A stretch of 64,000 bases of DNA. Origin: Takakia lepidozioides (lineage: Eukaryota > Plantae > Bryophyta). Below, piece by piece: positions 14,401-27,134 of this stretch. The stretch is taken from positions 6,014,001 to 6,078,000 of the forward strand of contig CM060731.1 in NCBI GenBank assembly GCA_030704615.1, given 5' to 3'. Position numbers and translations under genes: made by a program. The notes under the pieces were generated by a model, which worked only from the letters and a program-made list of their open reading frames with translations, made no database searches and had not been told where the DNA came from. The first letter of the stretch is position 1; each line of letters begins with the position of its first letter.

Positions 14401-17400
14401 CTGGAATCCTCTTTCTGTTCGCAATGTGAGTTTAGGCTGAGGTTCTGTTCAGGGGTAGGGAGATTGAAGTCAAGGGGGGCGAGGGCAGCGGATAAGCTGA
14501 TGAGTGGGTATGGGGCAGAGTATGTGTGGAGGTGTTTATTGAGGCAGCATGTGGTGAAGATATTAGCTGGAATGTTGGCTGTGATGTCGGCAGCCATTGT
14601 AATGGCAGAGGCAACCTTGTCCTTTGAAGCGGACTTGTCACTCTTCTCTGTCCTTCTCAAAACTATTGGTCAAGTCGAGATGCTGGTGCAGGTGGGTGGT
14701 GTCAAGATTAGCTCATAATTTGGTTCAGGTACTAGGTGGCTATCTACTGTCTGATGCATGGGTGGAGCAACAGCTAGTGGATGCTACAAATTCTGTTTGG
14801 CAGTTTTCTGACGAGACTGGACCAGATCCCAGTTGAAAATGACTTCTTATGTGTCATAACTACATACCCTCCATGTTGAACCAACAGTGAGACCTGGAAG
14901 TCTGAACGCCTATGGCTTTGCTGCCTTCACAGTGGTGACAGCAAAGAGACTTGGATAAGTTGGAGATGATATGTCGGTGGATGGTGGCATGCAGGTTGTG
15001 GCGTTTATACCTTTGGCATACATGTGTGTGTGCACCTATTTTTCTCTCATCAAATTGGGGATGATGACCATCTATTACTTAGCACCCAAGCAAACTGGCT
15101 CTGTGAGCCTCCTCATGATCTGCTCGTAAGCTTCTCTAAATGATGCTGTGTTTATGTTGTACGTAGTGCTTTCACGCAGAGTTTGGGAGAGGCTGCATGG
15201 TGAAGGCAGGGCATGGTTAGGAAATTGAGAGGTTTAAGTTTCCCTTAGAAACCGTATCTTCATTTCCTTTTAGCATTTCCCTGCAACATTACCCAACACT
15301 GTTACCTTGGTACAGTGTATTGAGTGTCATTGTTTTCTACTTGGAGATACATAGTGTGTTTTTTGCGCATTACCTGGGATTGAGCTTTTGGTAGGAATCT
15401 GTGAGCCACTGATGTCTTTGGCAGACTGGACTAATCCCTTTCTGAAAGCACGACTGGTACTTCTATATCTCAATTGATTATCCAATCTTGTCTAAGTCAG
15501 TTAGTGGGATGCAGAATGGTTGCACGGTATGCAGCACCCCTGTGTTATAACTTTCTTAACCTCATTCGGCTGCGTGATGCTGATGGTGCCAAAGTTGATA
15601 CCATTTTTGAAAAGGTAATATGGCTCCCTTTATTTGGGAAGTACCCAGTGCTTTACCATAGTAGCAGCAGACCGAGGCTATTCACAGCAAGGTTGTTTGC
15701 TGATAGATGAAGATTCTTCCATTGATGTGTTTTGTGATGAGACACACCCTCAGTGAAGAACAAACTGGTGAATGAAAGCTTAGTGTCGGCACAGCTTCAC
15801 CTTTGGTGGAAGCAATGGGGTAGACACTTCAGGTGTACAGTAAAGCAAGTTGGAAAATTTGGAAAAAAGAGTAGGCCTTTGATCCATTCATGTGCTCTAT
15901 GATGTGTGTGAACATCTGCTGCTTAAGATCAGCATCATTTTGTGCCTGGCAAGCAATACAGACTTTTGCAATAGTAACAGCTGGTTTGTGCTTTTGGTCT
16001 GTGTGCAGAAAATGGGCACTATGACTGTTGTAACGTTCATGAGCCGGTTTAATCAGATATATCCCATTTTTATGGTGATCTATACTGGTCTGTTAGCCAG
16101 CAACGTACTCAAGCGTGTAATGGATAGTTTTGGAAGCTGGCATACCTTTCGAAGCAATGATCAAGAAAATACTGAAGGCTTTGATCCGTCAGGTCTAATC
16201 ATTCTTCGCAAAGGTACCCACTGTGAGGCCTGATGGGATCTTCCTGATGTGGGCAACCATGGTCTTTTTTCAAACCAGTGAAGCAAATGGAAGGGTGCAG
16301 TGTGGAGTTTAATAAATTTGTGAAACAGAACATATTCCAGAGGCAAGATGACCGGTGGAGGATATGTTTGTGACAATGATTCTATACTCCATATATCTGT
16401 GCTTGCTTAGTAGTCTTGAAAGGTTGGAAGGGAAGAGGCATGATCCTTACCTAACAAAGTGCTCAGAGAGTTTCTACCTTCTTTTCACAATAGTGACTGA
16501 CTGTGGGAACCATTACATGTGCCCCAAATTGCAAGCTAAATGACTGGAGAAGCAATGTGGGGATAAACCTCATACTTGCTGCTATGATCTCAATGCTAGC
16601 CCCTAAATTAATATTTTGTGGTAGCTGAGTGTCACCGGTTGTACGGGAGCAGTAAAGCAATTTCTGGCTTAGTCTCACGTACCTTGGTGGGTTGAACTCC
16701 TATGACCAACTCCAGGAGGGTTTGCACCCTGCAGGGTTCCTCATAGTACATGTTTGCAGGGAATGATTGTATGTTTGTTACTGCTTCTGTCAGTGTCATT
16801 GAAAGTGTGTCTCTCTCATTTTCATTCCATTTAGTTTTGTTTACCTCGCAAATGAGTTAAGAGTTTACTAGGCTCTCACATTCATGTGTATAATTTTTAA
16901 TCTACTTCTTGCCTACAGACCCTGTAGTCTTTGATTGGAGGACTTGTAGATCGGATGCAGTAGTCTAATCTGGCCTAAAAAGGCAATAATCTGATCCGTG
17001 ACTTACAAGTGGCCTGTTGGAGGCATATGCAGAGCGCACGTGGTTAGAGCGTGGAGGTATAGTAGGAGAGAATGTAGTACCTTTGGCTCGCAACTTCGGC
17101 AATCCTGATATGGATATTGAAGCCGACATCAATTTCACCAAGGTTAGCTCCCGGCCCTACATAAGGCATGCCCAGTAGACAAATAACTTCCCAACATATT
17201 GCTAAGATCGAAATATGCATTTCCACAATATTCTGTAATGTGGTTTAGCTGGATTTTGTTTGGTGCCCCTTCTTGGAGCATCCACATGTCTGGTAGGAAA
17301 ACAGTATGTGGTAGATTCAAATAGGTCATTGGGACCTGCTAGATGCTTTCACAGTCGGGTGTCTCAGATCCTGGTATCTTGCAGAAAAACCCTCCAGAAA

Positions 17401-17864
17401 CAAACAGCCTGCAAAGCAAGTCAAGGATGAGCAATGGACAACCTCCAACTGCTGAGGGGGGCGGTACCCGAACTTTAGGGCGAGGGGAGCACACATCAAG
17501 CAAGGAAAGTATTGCTGCCAAATATGCCGCTTTGCGTGAGCCGTCCAAACAAGCTTCTGTTACCCTGTCCAGGAGTTTAACATCCAATGCTCCGGCATTG
17601 ATTGACATGCACAGCGCACCCTCTAATGTTCCCTCCAACCAAATGGACTTAACAGATGGATCATTTGCTATGCGATGGGACAACATGAAGTCTGGCTTGC
17701 AGACTTTCTCGACAAAGAGATTTGCTCCCTTGCGTCAAGACAGGGATATTGCTGTGCCCCAGCCTTCTTCACAACAGACATTGGACAGCATATTTCAGGG
17801 GTTGCGATCAAAACAAGAGCCAAGTGAAGATGAAGATGGCCCTGACCTAAGATTGTTAAGATAG
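8459..17864 (+). CDS. LMBR1 domain-containing membrane protein (LMBRD2-like), about 740 aa, 14 exons
   Basis: Exons 8459-8626, 9816-9895, 10355-10516, 10888-11098, 12623-12709, 13021-13160, 13592-13672, 14030-14094, 14519-14691, 14995-15125, 15515-15614, 16009-16213, 17033-17142 and 17355-17864 join in frame. Motifs: ILVPADIW, WSWSYWSTF, CSNTFGLVTGAFLLGYGLVEVPR, MVARYAAPLCYNFLNL, GFDPSGLIILRKER. Confidence 0.92.
11721..12128. mobile_element. Composite inverted-repeat element (MITE-like) in LMBR1 intron 4
   Basis: 31-bp arms at 11723-11753 and 11799-11829 (1 mismatch), then about 26-bp TIRs at 11836-11862 and 12103-12128. Both parts carry GCCGATTCTGCC. Confidence 0.8.
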
Positions 17865-18974
17865 TATGCTTGAAACAAATAGTCTGGCTTGCATCCATTT
17901 TTTCCATTCTTACAAAGATATATTCAGTTATGTGATCGACATCGATAGTCATGTGCAGTATGTATAGACAAAAAACGAGTCATAGCTTCGAAGGTACAGG
18001 CTATACAGTTACCACTGCCAATTCAAGGGGTTCGATTTGAAATAGGCAGTATGCTCCAACACTGTCTTCCCATCACAAGGACAAGGGGAACTGATTTCAA
18101 GCAAGGAATGTATTGCTTGACGGGATCCAGTAGCTATGGCAATCCCCAGGTATGCAACATCCAACCCTCCAGCATGCTCGCACACCACACCCTATTGAGT
18201 AAACTTCATTCAGGTGAGAAATAATCAGGTTGGGATCAGGGGTTTTTTTTTCAAGTGGGCTAGGTAGCCCATGTGGACTTCAATTTACAACAAGATTCTC
18301 ATATGGTGAGACAAATCATATGGGTGTAGATTGACCGGCTACATCACCTTGAAACATCACCTTGAAAATAACCAAAATATGACAGGACATGTAAAATTGC
18401 TGAGCTAGGGTCTTATTTATGATGCAACAAGGGATTATGATAGCACATTCTTCTACTTTGCAATTAGACAACTTCTTTTAGGTAGATGTAAGAGAATTTT
18501 TGGGAGACCGCAAAACATGACATTTTTCTTGTGATGTGGGATCCACGAGGCTCCACATGGACAAAGAGATTGAAAATGTTGAATAAAGAAAAGCTAATGA
18601 ATCTGAAGGCCCTTCCATCATGTATGCTATATTCCATTCTTCCATGTACGCACTATACAATGGTATTATTTTAGTAACAGCTCATTGAATAAGTTGGCGG
18701 TTAACAACTTAACATAGGACAGAAGGATAAAGTTTCTCCTGGGCCTCTGTCCCCTTTTTAAGAAAGGAAAAAATAAGGTAATTAACCTCGTGAATGCAAG
18801 GGACGTGGCTACTGCACAATATTGACAATAAGATTGTTGCTGTTGATCTAGTGAGTGGAGAGTTAATGTGAGTTAATGTGACTATCTCTTCCATTACTAG
18901 CTCTAACAAGGTGGCTAACCTAGGCCCTTTGCCATGTCGGGATTTATCAAAAAATTCTTTTTTCTCCCTTAACC

Positions 18975-19680
18975 ATGAACCGCACCAAAGTGATCCTACC
19001 TACTTCATGCACCTCCTGTAAAAATCTCGGGAGATTTGACTGTCTTTAATTAGGGAGATTATAACAAAAATTCAGGCCAGATTTTCTACAATTCTCCATT
19101 TTCATAGCGAAAATTTGGTTTGACCAAGCATATGTCCACCATTTTGAAATTTTCATTGATACTGGCACCTACAGGAAACCCCTTCCAAAATTCCACAGCC
19201 AAATTACAAAGTTGAGACTGGTTGCTTTGTATGACAAACAAGGGGGATGAAAATGCCCATTTTTATCATGGGCTCCCCACATCATCCCAAATATGTTCCA
19301 ATTTGTGATGGAAGCCAAATTCCTCCGGTCATGTTATTGCTTAGCCTACATACTCACTACCCTGGAAAAAAATGAAACCATTTTAAGCTAATTGCAGGCA
19401 GAGATTGCCAAAAAACCAACTTCATACTTGAATCCCAGCTCATGCCAATTATGCCTGAGCCGGTGGACAAGTAGCAAGCAGCAAGCATCACCCCAAACAT
19501 CCATACCAATCTAAGCAAGCTGCACTGATCCCCTTTCCACAAACACCCCCCAACACACCCACACTCAACACCCCAAAATTAAACATCCATGACACACATG
19601 ACACCAAAATCGTTAGCCCCAAACACTGACGACGCTACCTTCTACCCCTACCATAGCACACACGCCCATGCCACATGCAC
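18975..19680 (-). mobile_element. Non-coding 3' portion of the piggyBac-like family, inverted copy
   Basis: Reverse complement aligns with about 51960-52165 and 53726-54200, e.g. 18975-19056 versus 54121-54200. Confidence 0.8.
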
Positions 19681-21437
19681 TCCATGTCACGCACCTCACT
19701 CATCCCCTTCAAGTCATAGTTACCCGCTTTGATGCGCGCGCCTAATTCCCAAACTGGCCGCTGTGCCAACTCGGAGCTTCGGCTGCTCACCGGGGCATAA
19801 CGGTCCCCCCTTGCTCCCCCACGGGACCCTTGACGGATCGGGCCCAATGGAAATTCCCTTTGGTTGTAGGCAATCCGGAATAGCTCCCCACATCTTAGTC
19901 GTTTTCCGGCTTGCTTGCTTTCTTTTGGTCACTTAACGGGCTTGCACCGTTCTTGGGGTTACTACTCCCTATATATACTTCTGTAGGTGTCGCTGGGGGT
20001 CTCACAAACAGCCAAGTGGGGAGCCCCAAGACTCCCCACGACTCCTACCACAAGGCCTCAACATCATGATGAGTCCTATGCCACCCCCACTACGATACCT
20101 TATGTTACCACCACCCCACGTGGAGCACCCCCACCACAACTCGGTGTGCGGGGCTCCACCTAGTGAGCTCCTCCGCCCCCATGAGCGCCCGCGGCCTTCA
20201 AAGGTGTTTCATCCCCCATTCCTATTCGCTAAGCTGCCCCCACCACAGGGGTAGCCCCCTCTTGTGTTCCGACCTCCCTGCCCTCAAGGCAAAGGCCGCG
20301 ACATACACCCCTACCAACAAGAAGTTGATGTTAGAGATTCCAAGGTTAGAGATTCGCAAGCTCCACCCAGTGCACTCTTCTTGGCCCACTTCATGGCCAA
20401 GATACGATCCTCTTTGAGGATCAAATCGCCTAACTGCAACAACATTGCTTACGACTGCTCGTGATGTCACTTTTTGGCATCACCTTGAGCAAGGATTTGC
20501 CTTGAACCTCTTTGACTACAAAGATAACCTTGAACCAACCGTGCACCCCAATCACTACAATTGGGCCCGCTTTGAGATGTTGGCCCGAGGTTCGAAAACA
20601 CGCCGAAGTCGCACTAAAACTTCATCCCAAAGTTACACGATTATAGTATGTGAACGGAAGCACGTAGCTTCCGCGTTAACAAGCACGTAGCTTCCGCAAG
20701 AGAATGTGAGAAAATTTGTCAAAAATCCATTGGAAAACCCTCTTCTCTCTGTGCCAGTTCCGCTCTCATATTGCTACGCAATAGAAACTTGGCCCGTTCT
20801 TTGTTTTGGCCCAGGGAGCGGCTAAATCTCATGGGAGGGAACGGGCGAAGCGTGTTGTTCGTGAAGCAAATATTATGTACACTAGCCAGGCACACCATGC
20901 ATCACCATTCCAAACAAAATAAAAGCACAACATTGGTTTCCCTTTATAAACAAGATTTGTACAACACAAGTCTTTGCAATCGGATTCATGCGCTAGCTAA
21001 GCCGGACTAAGCATACATTCCCTCCCTCACCATCTAAGGTTGATGTCCCCATCAACGCTTCTTCCGCTTTTGAGGTCGCCCTTCGAAAGTTGCGACCGCC
21101 TCGGATGTGTTTCCCATTTCTGAGGAACGCACCCAAGTTGCCTCCACTTGATAATAGTCCTTCTATTTCACGATATACTTTGTTTCTCGATTATTGAACC
21201 TCATCGACTTAAGCACTGCCTCCACCTTGTACTCGTGTTAAATAACACGAGTCATATTATCTGAATCACATAAAGTGATTACAGCAAAGAAGACGACACC
21301 CCTGGTCTTGATGGAGAGCCTGCATTTGTTGGAATGGAACGTGTCGGTGAAACTAAGCTTCAGGAGAAGGCAACAACAACTGCTTTGATCCGGCGGCTTT
21401 GGAGGATGCAATGAGGGAATTGTAGCAGGGCGCCAAA

Positions 21438-21992
21438 TTGTCCAAGCTGACAACTACACTACTGATATGGAATCTCTGTATAATTCATGGTGTCAGCAAC
21501 AAATTTACAGATTGGTTACTAGCACTTCTCCGGAAACATTTATTGCCTGATAACAACTCCCTGGCTCCCGATTATCATGTTGGAAAGAAGTTAACATCAA
21601 GTTTAGGATTGGACTGTGGGATTATACACACGTGCGAGAATGATTGTGTGTTGTTTAGGGGATCTAATGAGTTAAAAATAGTCGTAGTCTACTCGAAGTG
21701 TAATGCCCCCATGTATAAGGACATGGTCAATAAGCTTTGTCTTGTGAAGGTTCTTAAGCACTTCCCTTTAAGTCCTAGGCTTCAACGTATGTATAGAACC
21801 CCCGAAATATCAGAGCTGATGGTCTGGCATTCCAAGAACAAGAGTCGGGACAATAAAGTTAGACACCCTTGTGATTCAAAAGCATGGCAACATGTTACAT
21901 CCCAAGTAGATAATACGTTTGGAAATGACCCAAGGAACATCTACTTTGCACTTACTGCAGATGGGGTAAATTCATTTTTTGTCTTGATGTAA
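21438..21992 (+). mobile_element. CACTA/EnSpm transposase (Transposase_21, TnpD-like) fragment
   Basis: IHTCENDCVLFRG...KVLKHFPLSPRLQRMY...RHPCDSKAWQHV...DPRNIYFALTADGVN; truncated. Confidence 0.9.
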
Positions 21993-22213
21993 AAGAGAAG
22001 CAAAATGTAATATAGGTGAACAATAAATAGATGTTCCATGCAAGGCTTGAGCATCTACTATAGTATGAGGTAAACTTCTAGAATGGTGTCTAGGTGGACT
22101 TCTGACATCTATCAAAACGAGCTCGTCTAGCTAATTTTTGTTGTTCTTTAGTAAGTTCATTAAAATCTGTTTTGTCATTTTCTTTTGGTTTTTGAAATCT
22201 ATCTATATATATT

Positions 22214-22297
22214 AGGGGGCAGTAGCCGTGAGGCGAAGTGGCTCTTAGTTACGCCGGCTTTGGCCGGAGTCTTCTCTCTTTCTCTATATATATATAT
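22214..22297 (+). mobile_element. Short structured element with a (CT)n/(AT)n tail, copy 1
   Basis: Homologous to 58382-58475: GGGGGCAGTAGcCGtgAGgCGAAGTGGCTCTTAGTTACGCCG followed by TTCTCTCT. Confidence 0.7.
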
Positions 22298-22975
22298 CCT
22301 TTCAGCTTCTCTTTTACATCTAGATTTTGGTTTTTTAGGAGATCTCTTAGGGCCGTTTTACACGAGGGCCCGGGCACAAGAAATCATGGGCCCAAGACTA
22401 GAGCTTTTGTAATTTTCAAGGAATTGGTCTTCTTTGTGTAAACCTATTGGGCCCAAGCCTAAGACCCAACCTACACTTAGCCACTCTCCCCCTTCTTCCC
22501 TTCTATGTCTTCTACGCTCCACGTAGTCTCCCATCAAATCGTGTATACCTAAACTATGGAAGCAAGAAGGAATAATATATTGCAAGAAGCCATACTATTC
22601 TTGTGGCCTTGGTCCTCTTCAAGGCCTTCAAGCGCGTGATTACAACCCTTTTGGTATTGCAACAACTTATAAACGAGCAATTTGTTGGATTGTTGATGAT
22701 GTTTGAGGTCATCATGGAAAGAGAAGAGATAGAGAAGGCTGACATCTGATTGTACGGGCAGAACCTGTGTTGAGTGCTTGCCGCGAGTGTCGACAGTCTC
22801 AATACCAGCCAATTCCACAGTATTGAAATATTCACTCAATTTTAATATTCGCTGGTTCTCAATAGTAGTATGATTTGAGATTTGCGGACGGGTATCAATA
22901 GGATGGGTATTCCAATCTAATACCAGTCAGTTATCAACCCGGATATAAATAATTAAAAATAAAAATAAAATAACC

Positions 22976-23658
22976 ACTAAATCATTAATAGAAGATAATA
23001 GGAATAATGTAAGAACTTAATGCACACGTGCAAACTCTGACAAGATGGTACGTGGGTTTCCGGCATGTCAAATCTTCCCCACCCTCTCTTGAGAGTGACA
23101 TGGAACTGAAGGAGTGTCAACTCGAGTTGGGGGTACACTGGGTTACACGACGAGGTGTGTAACTCCACTTGGGGTTACATCGGGTTACACAACGAGATGT
23201 GTAACTCCACTCAGGGTTACACAGAATGGAGTGTAACTGCAGTCGGTGTAACCCACACTTGGTCTCGAAATTTGACTAAGTCCAAATGTGGCTAAGCATA
23301 AAATGGACCAACTAGAGTTACATGAGAAAGCGGGGTTATAGAGGGTTACACCAATTGGAGGTTTACATCAACTGGGGTTACACTAAAAGATCCTCCCATC
23401 ACGAATCGAACCTTGAATCTTGCCGCCTACAATACCATCACCTAATCATTACGCTACCCACCACAGCTTGCAATCCACTTGGATTCTTAAGTATTTAATA
23501 GTAAAACCGAGGTAAGAGGGGGTGGGGAGGATTTGACAGGGGCCCCGCCGGAGAGCCTAGGTTGCCGGAATCTGGCGAAAGTACTCTCAGATCACATGCG
23601 TCCATTAAGTTCTTAAATTATTCCTATCGTCTTCCATCATTAATATATTGTCTTTAGT
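22976..23658. mobile_element. Foldback / long-TIR element nested in the Harbinger element
   Basis: Imperfect long inverted arms, about 22980-23090 versus 23510-23650 (ATAGGAATAATnTAAGAACTTAATG; GTCAAATCnTCCCCACCC). Internal GGTTACAC/GTGTAAC repeats. Confidence 0.7.
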
Positions 23659-24251
23659 TGAATTTAGAAGCATACTTGATTTCACAAAGAATTTAATTAT
23701 TATGTTGCAAGATTCAGACTTTGCATTACATAATAACGTAGCCGATTTTAGTATGCAAAGTGAAGCAAGCTTAGTTGAAGAATCCTACATGTGCTAACAA
23801 ATGAAGAATAGTGGCGGGCCCTCGGGGTTGGACATGTCCCTGACATGTGCACCCTTTTACCCCTGACATGTGCACTTGCCCAATTTCCTATCCATACCAA
23901 TAGTCCTTGTTTTTGCCCATAATACGGGTATTGGACGGGTATTGCCTTGGCAATACCAGCCGGTCTAGTTATCAACCATAGTATTGGAATTGCTTAATAC
24001 CAGCTAGTTCGGTTATTAACCATAGTATTACAATAGCCAATACCAGCCGGTCGGTTATTCAATACCCTGGTTGATACCCGGTCATACCCTATATACCAAT
24101 CCAACAGTGGTCTCTACCTCCATACAACCCCATCTATGATCTCTTTCAATCCTTCGGCCGTGATAGGCTTAAAAAATACATCTTAAAGGTAGGTTTCTTG
24201 GGCCCAAGGGAATCCTAGGAGCTTTCCTTTTGTTGGGCTGGGCCCAAGCGT

Positions 24252-24527
24252 TTGGTGCCATAGATCGTGCCATAGATCATGCCATATAGGTAGCCATGTC
24301 ATTTTCTTGGTCTTGGGCCCTTGGTGCCATAGATCGTGCCATAGATCATGCCATATAGGTAGCCATGTCATTTTCTTGGTCTTGGGCCTTTGGTGCCATA
24401 GATCGTGCCATAGATCATGCCATATAGGTAGCCATGTCATTTTCTTGGTCTTGGGCCCTTGGTGCCATAGATCGTGCCATAGATCATGCCATATAGGTAG
24501 CCATGTCATTTTCTTGGTCTTGGGCCC
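24252..24527. repeat. 69-bp minisatellite, 4 near-identical copies
   Basis: Units start at 24252, 24321, 24390 and 24459, with internal 12-bp TGCCATAGATC subrepeats. Confidence 0.95.
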
Positions 24528-24882
24528 GGACCCTCATGTAAACCGCTTGGGCCTGATTTGAGGCTCTTGACCAATATGATTTCTTGTTTCTAGCTTGGTC
24601 TTGGGCCCGGCCCTCCTATAAACCGGCCCTTAGGCTATGGAGAAGATGGATCACTATGGAAAGTTTTCGATGGGGTTAAGGTCTTGATTAAGTCAGTCAA
24701 AGACAGTCGCAGGGCTCTACTTGATGCTTACAAGCACTGCCACCCTTCAATAAGCCAAAACACTGCACCTAATAGTACTTCCAATTGTTAGTCTTGCATC
24801 GCTTCAAATAATAGAAATTATAAAGAAACTCCTCCTGTTCATAATGATAACCTCCTTGATCCAAGTTTTCAACTGTTCCAGG

Positions 24883-25152
24883 TCATGTATAATTCCTTCC
24901 AAAGTTCAAAATCTTAGAGATGATCAATCGTTGTAACTCCTCTGGCAGCTCATCAATATGTCTTTCCACTCGAGAGAAAGAGAAATAAATAGGTCCACTC
25001 TTCACCAGGACAAAACTCATACCATCAAGTTGGCGAATGCATGATTTCAAACAATGAAATTGGTTGGCGCCAATATGTTGGAGTAGATCATCTTCAATTA
25101 TTGATTCTGTTGGGAATTCCCATTGCAAATAAAGTGTTTGTACTATGTTCAT
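24883..25152 (-). pseudogene. F-box-like gene fragment
   Basis: IDELPEELQRLIISKI resembles an F-box motif; an early stop follows. Confidence 0.4.
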
Positions 25153-26116
25153 TAGAACATTTGGTGCAAAATTTCAGAAAGTTTCAGATTTTTGATTGAT
25201 AATGTTTGTATAGTGTGTGAATTACAACAAACTATGGGACATACATGTGACATACAAGTCGGAATATATGGAGTTTTGTGCCTAAAATGGAATTAGGGTT
25301 AACATATTTGAAATGGTTGTGAAATTCTCTTTCTAACAAGGTGTAACAAGCTTTGAATGGGTATAGGGTTCACAAGTGGTCAAAGGTTTTTCAAAATTTG
25401 TGCCAATAGGATTTTCAATTATGTACTAATAGGTTTTTCAATTGCGGTCATAGGTCTTTTGGTTTTGGTAATAGGTTTTTCAGTTTTCGTAATGGGTCAT
25501 TTTCACCAAAACATTGGCCATGGGTTTCTTTGAAAAGTGTTGCTTGGGACCTTCCACCATGAATGGTTATAGGTCATCTTCTTCCTTTTGACATCAAATT
25601 TTTAGTGGTTCTTTACCTTAGATTGTTAATTAGTTCCATCGTTCAATTTTTTGTGTTTTAAATTTTTCATGACCTCATTGGATAAGATTCAACAATACCA
25701 TTCAATGACAACATGTATTGCAATTTACGAACACAAATAATTTCTCGTTTAGAAATGAGAAAAATGAACTTATAAAAATATTTAAGTGCATAAAAGTGAA
25801 ATTCTCTTCACAAACATGCAATCTATGAATAATTCCTACAAGAATCTCAATAGTGTGCATCATTGCTAAGAACTGTAGGACATACAATTGAATTGAATGC
25901 TATCTCATACACAAATTGAACATAATTGACACAACATTCCAAAGGTTTTATCAATTTCACATGAAAAAGAAATCAATTTCATGGGAATTTTGAATGCAAC
26001 CTTTCATAACACAACATGCAGCTTCCCATTTTAATGTGAAAGTTCATGAACACTGCATATCTCACTCGATTTTGAGTGAAATTGAACGATTTGAAATGCA
26101 TATATATAGCATACAT

Positions 26117-26296
26117 TCTAAAAAAAGTAATGCATAGAATAGAAATCCAAATTGAAATGCTTAAACTATGAGTTTAAGCAAATCCAAAAATAATAGAAAC
26201 ATAGAAATGAAACTTGAAAGTATGATTCCATCAACTTGCATGATTACCGATCTCAATGAAATTTTATCATCAACAACCATGAAAATGATTGCTCTA
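26117..26296 (+). repeat. Left direct repeat flanking the CYP710 cassette
   Basis: AAAGTAATGCATAGAATAGAAATCC...CAACCATGAAAATGATTG matches 28674-28933 but lacks about 80 nt of the interior. Confidence 0.92.
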
Positions 26297-27134
26297 CATG
26301 CAACATGTTGAAGTCAATGGAGAAAATGTGGTCAAAGGACCTTACATTGTGTCAAGGCTCCTATTGGTGTGTTGTGCTAGGTCATGTCCCCTCACTCTTA
26401 CCTTTCTCCGTAACATATGTTTGCCTTGGTCAAGGAATGCTTCCGAGGACAATGAAGTATATACCCAAATTTTAAGATGCCAAGTATATACTCACGTGAT
26501 GCAATTGTCTAGATCCTGATCTCACCGTTTGGGTACCAGAAATCGTTTGCTACGGAAAATCGGGAAGGTGGGCGGTGGGAGACGGGGAGGAGAGGAGCAA
26601 GATGGATCGGAGGCAAGATCGCAACTACCATGTGTCCGTGGAGATTCCAATGGGTGCTCGGGGATGTGTGAGGGTGTGGGTCTGGGAATGTGCGGTTGGA
26701 ATTGAGGGAGGAAGCCCAAAGCAGGCTGGGCCCACACAGATGAAGCTGCATCTGTAAATACTGGAAGTGGGTGGGGGCCTGCACGGAGTGGTGGTTGAGC
26801 ATCCCCCCGCTTGATGACAAGGCTAGGAAGCGTGGCCGGTTATGATGGGATGATTCTTGCCATTTCGAGTAATTGAAGGAAGGATCTGGTATCTGTCGTA
26901 TGTGTAGGAGCAGGCTCGTGAGCGGTGGTTTGGTGTTAGGATGCTGAGAGCAAATTTTGAGACGTTTGGACTTTTCAACTAAGATGTGTACATATGAACT
27001 AGATGGAGAGGTTTGAGACTTGATACAGATAGATTCACATATGTGGAGGTTGAGAAGTGTTTGCAGAGGAGGCGAGGAGAAATTGCAGTCTCGGATTGCT
27101 GTAAGATCAGCTAACAAAAACCGGAGATTGCATC

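Larger units (their letters stand above)
22350..24629. mobile_element. Non-autonomous PIF/Harbinger (Tourist-like) element with nested insertions
   Basis: TIRs GGGCCGTTTTA... at 22350 and ...TAAACCGGCCC ending 24629. TTA target duplication at 22347-22349 and 24630-24632. GGGCCCAAG subterminal motifs at both ends. Confidence 0.8.

Noticed and set aside
19960-20580. Possible LINE ORF1 remnant
   Set aside because: Only a vague Pro-rich, frameshifted resemblance; no diagnostic motif to support a call.
24183-24509. ORF of repeated MTWLPIWHDLWHDLWHQGPKTKK units resembling a KEX2/RiPP-type peptide precursor
   Set aside because: It arises from a 69-bp (multiple of 3) minisatellite in Harbinger subterminal DNA. 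The opposite strand is also open, there is no signal peptide, and no processing genes are nearby.
26509-27117. 202-aa minus-strand ORF upstream of CYP710
   Set aside because: No recognisable domain; its composition reflects the G-rich upstream region of CYP710.
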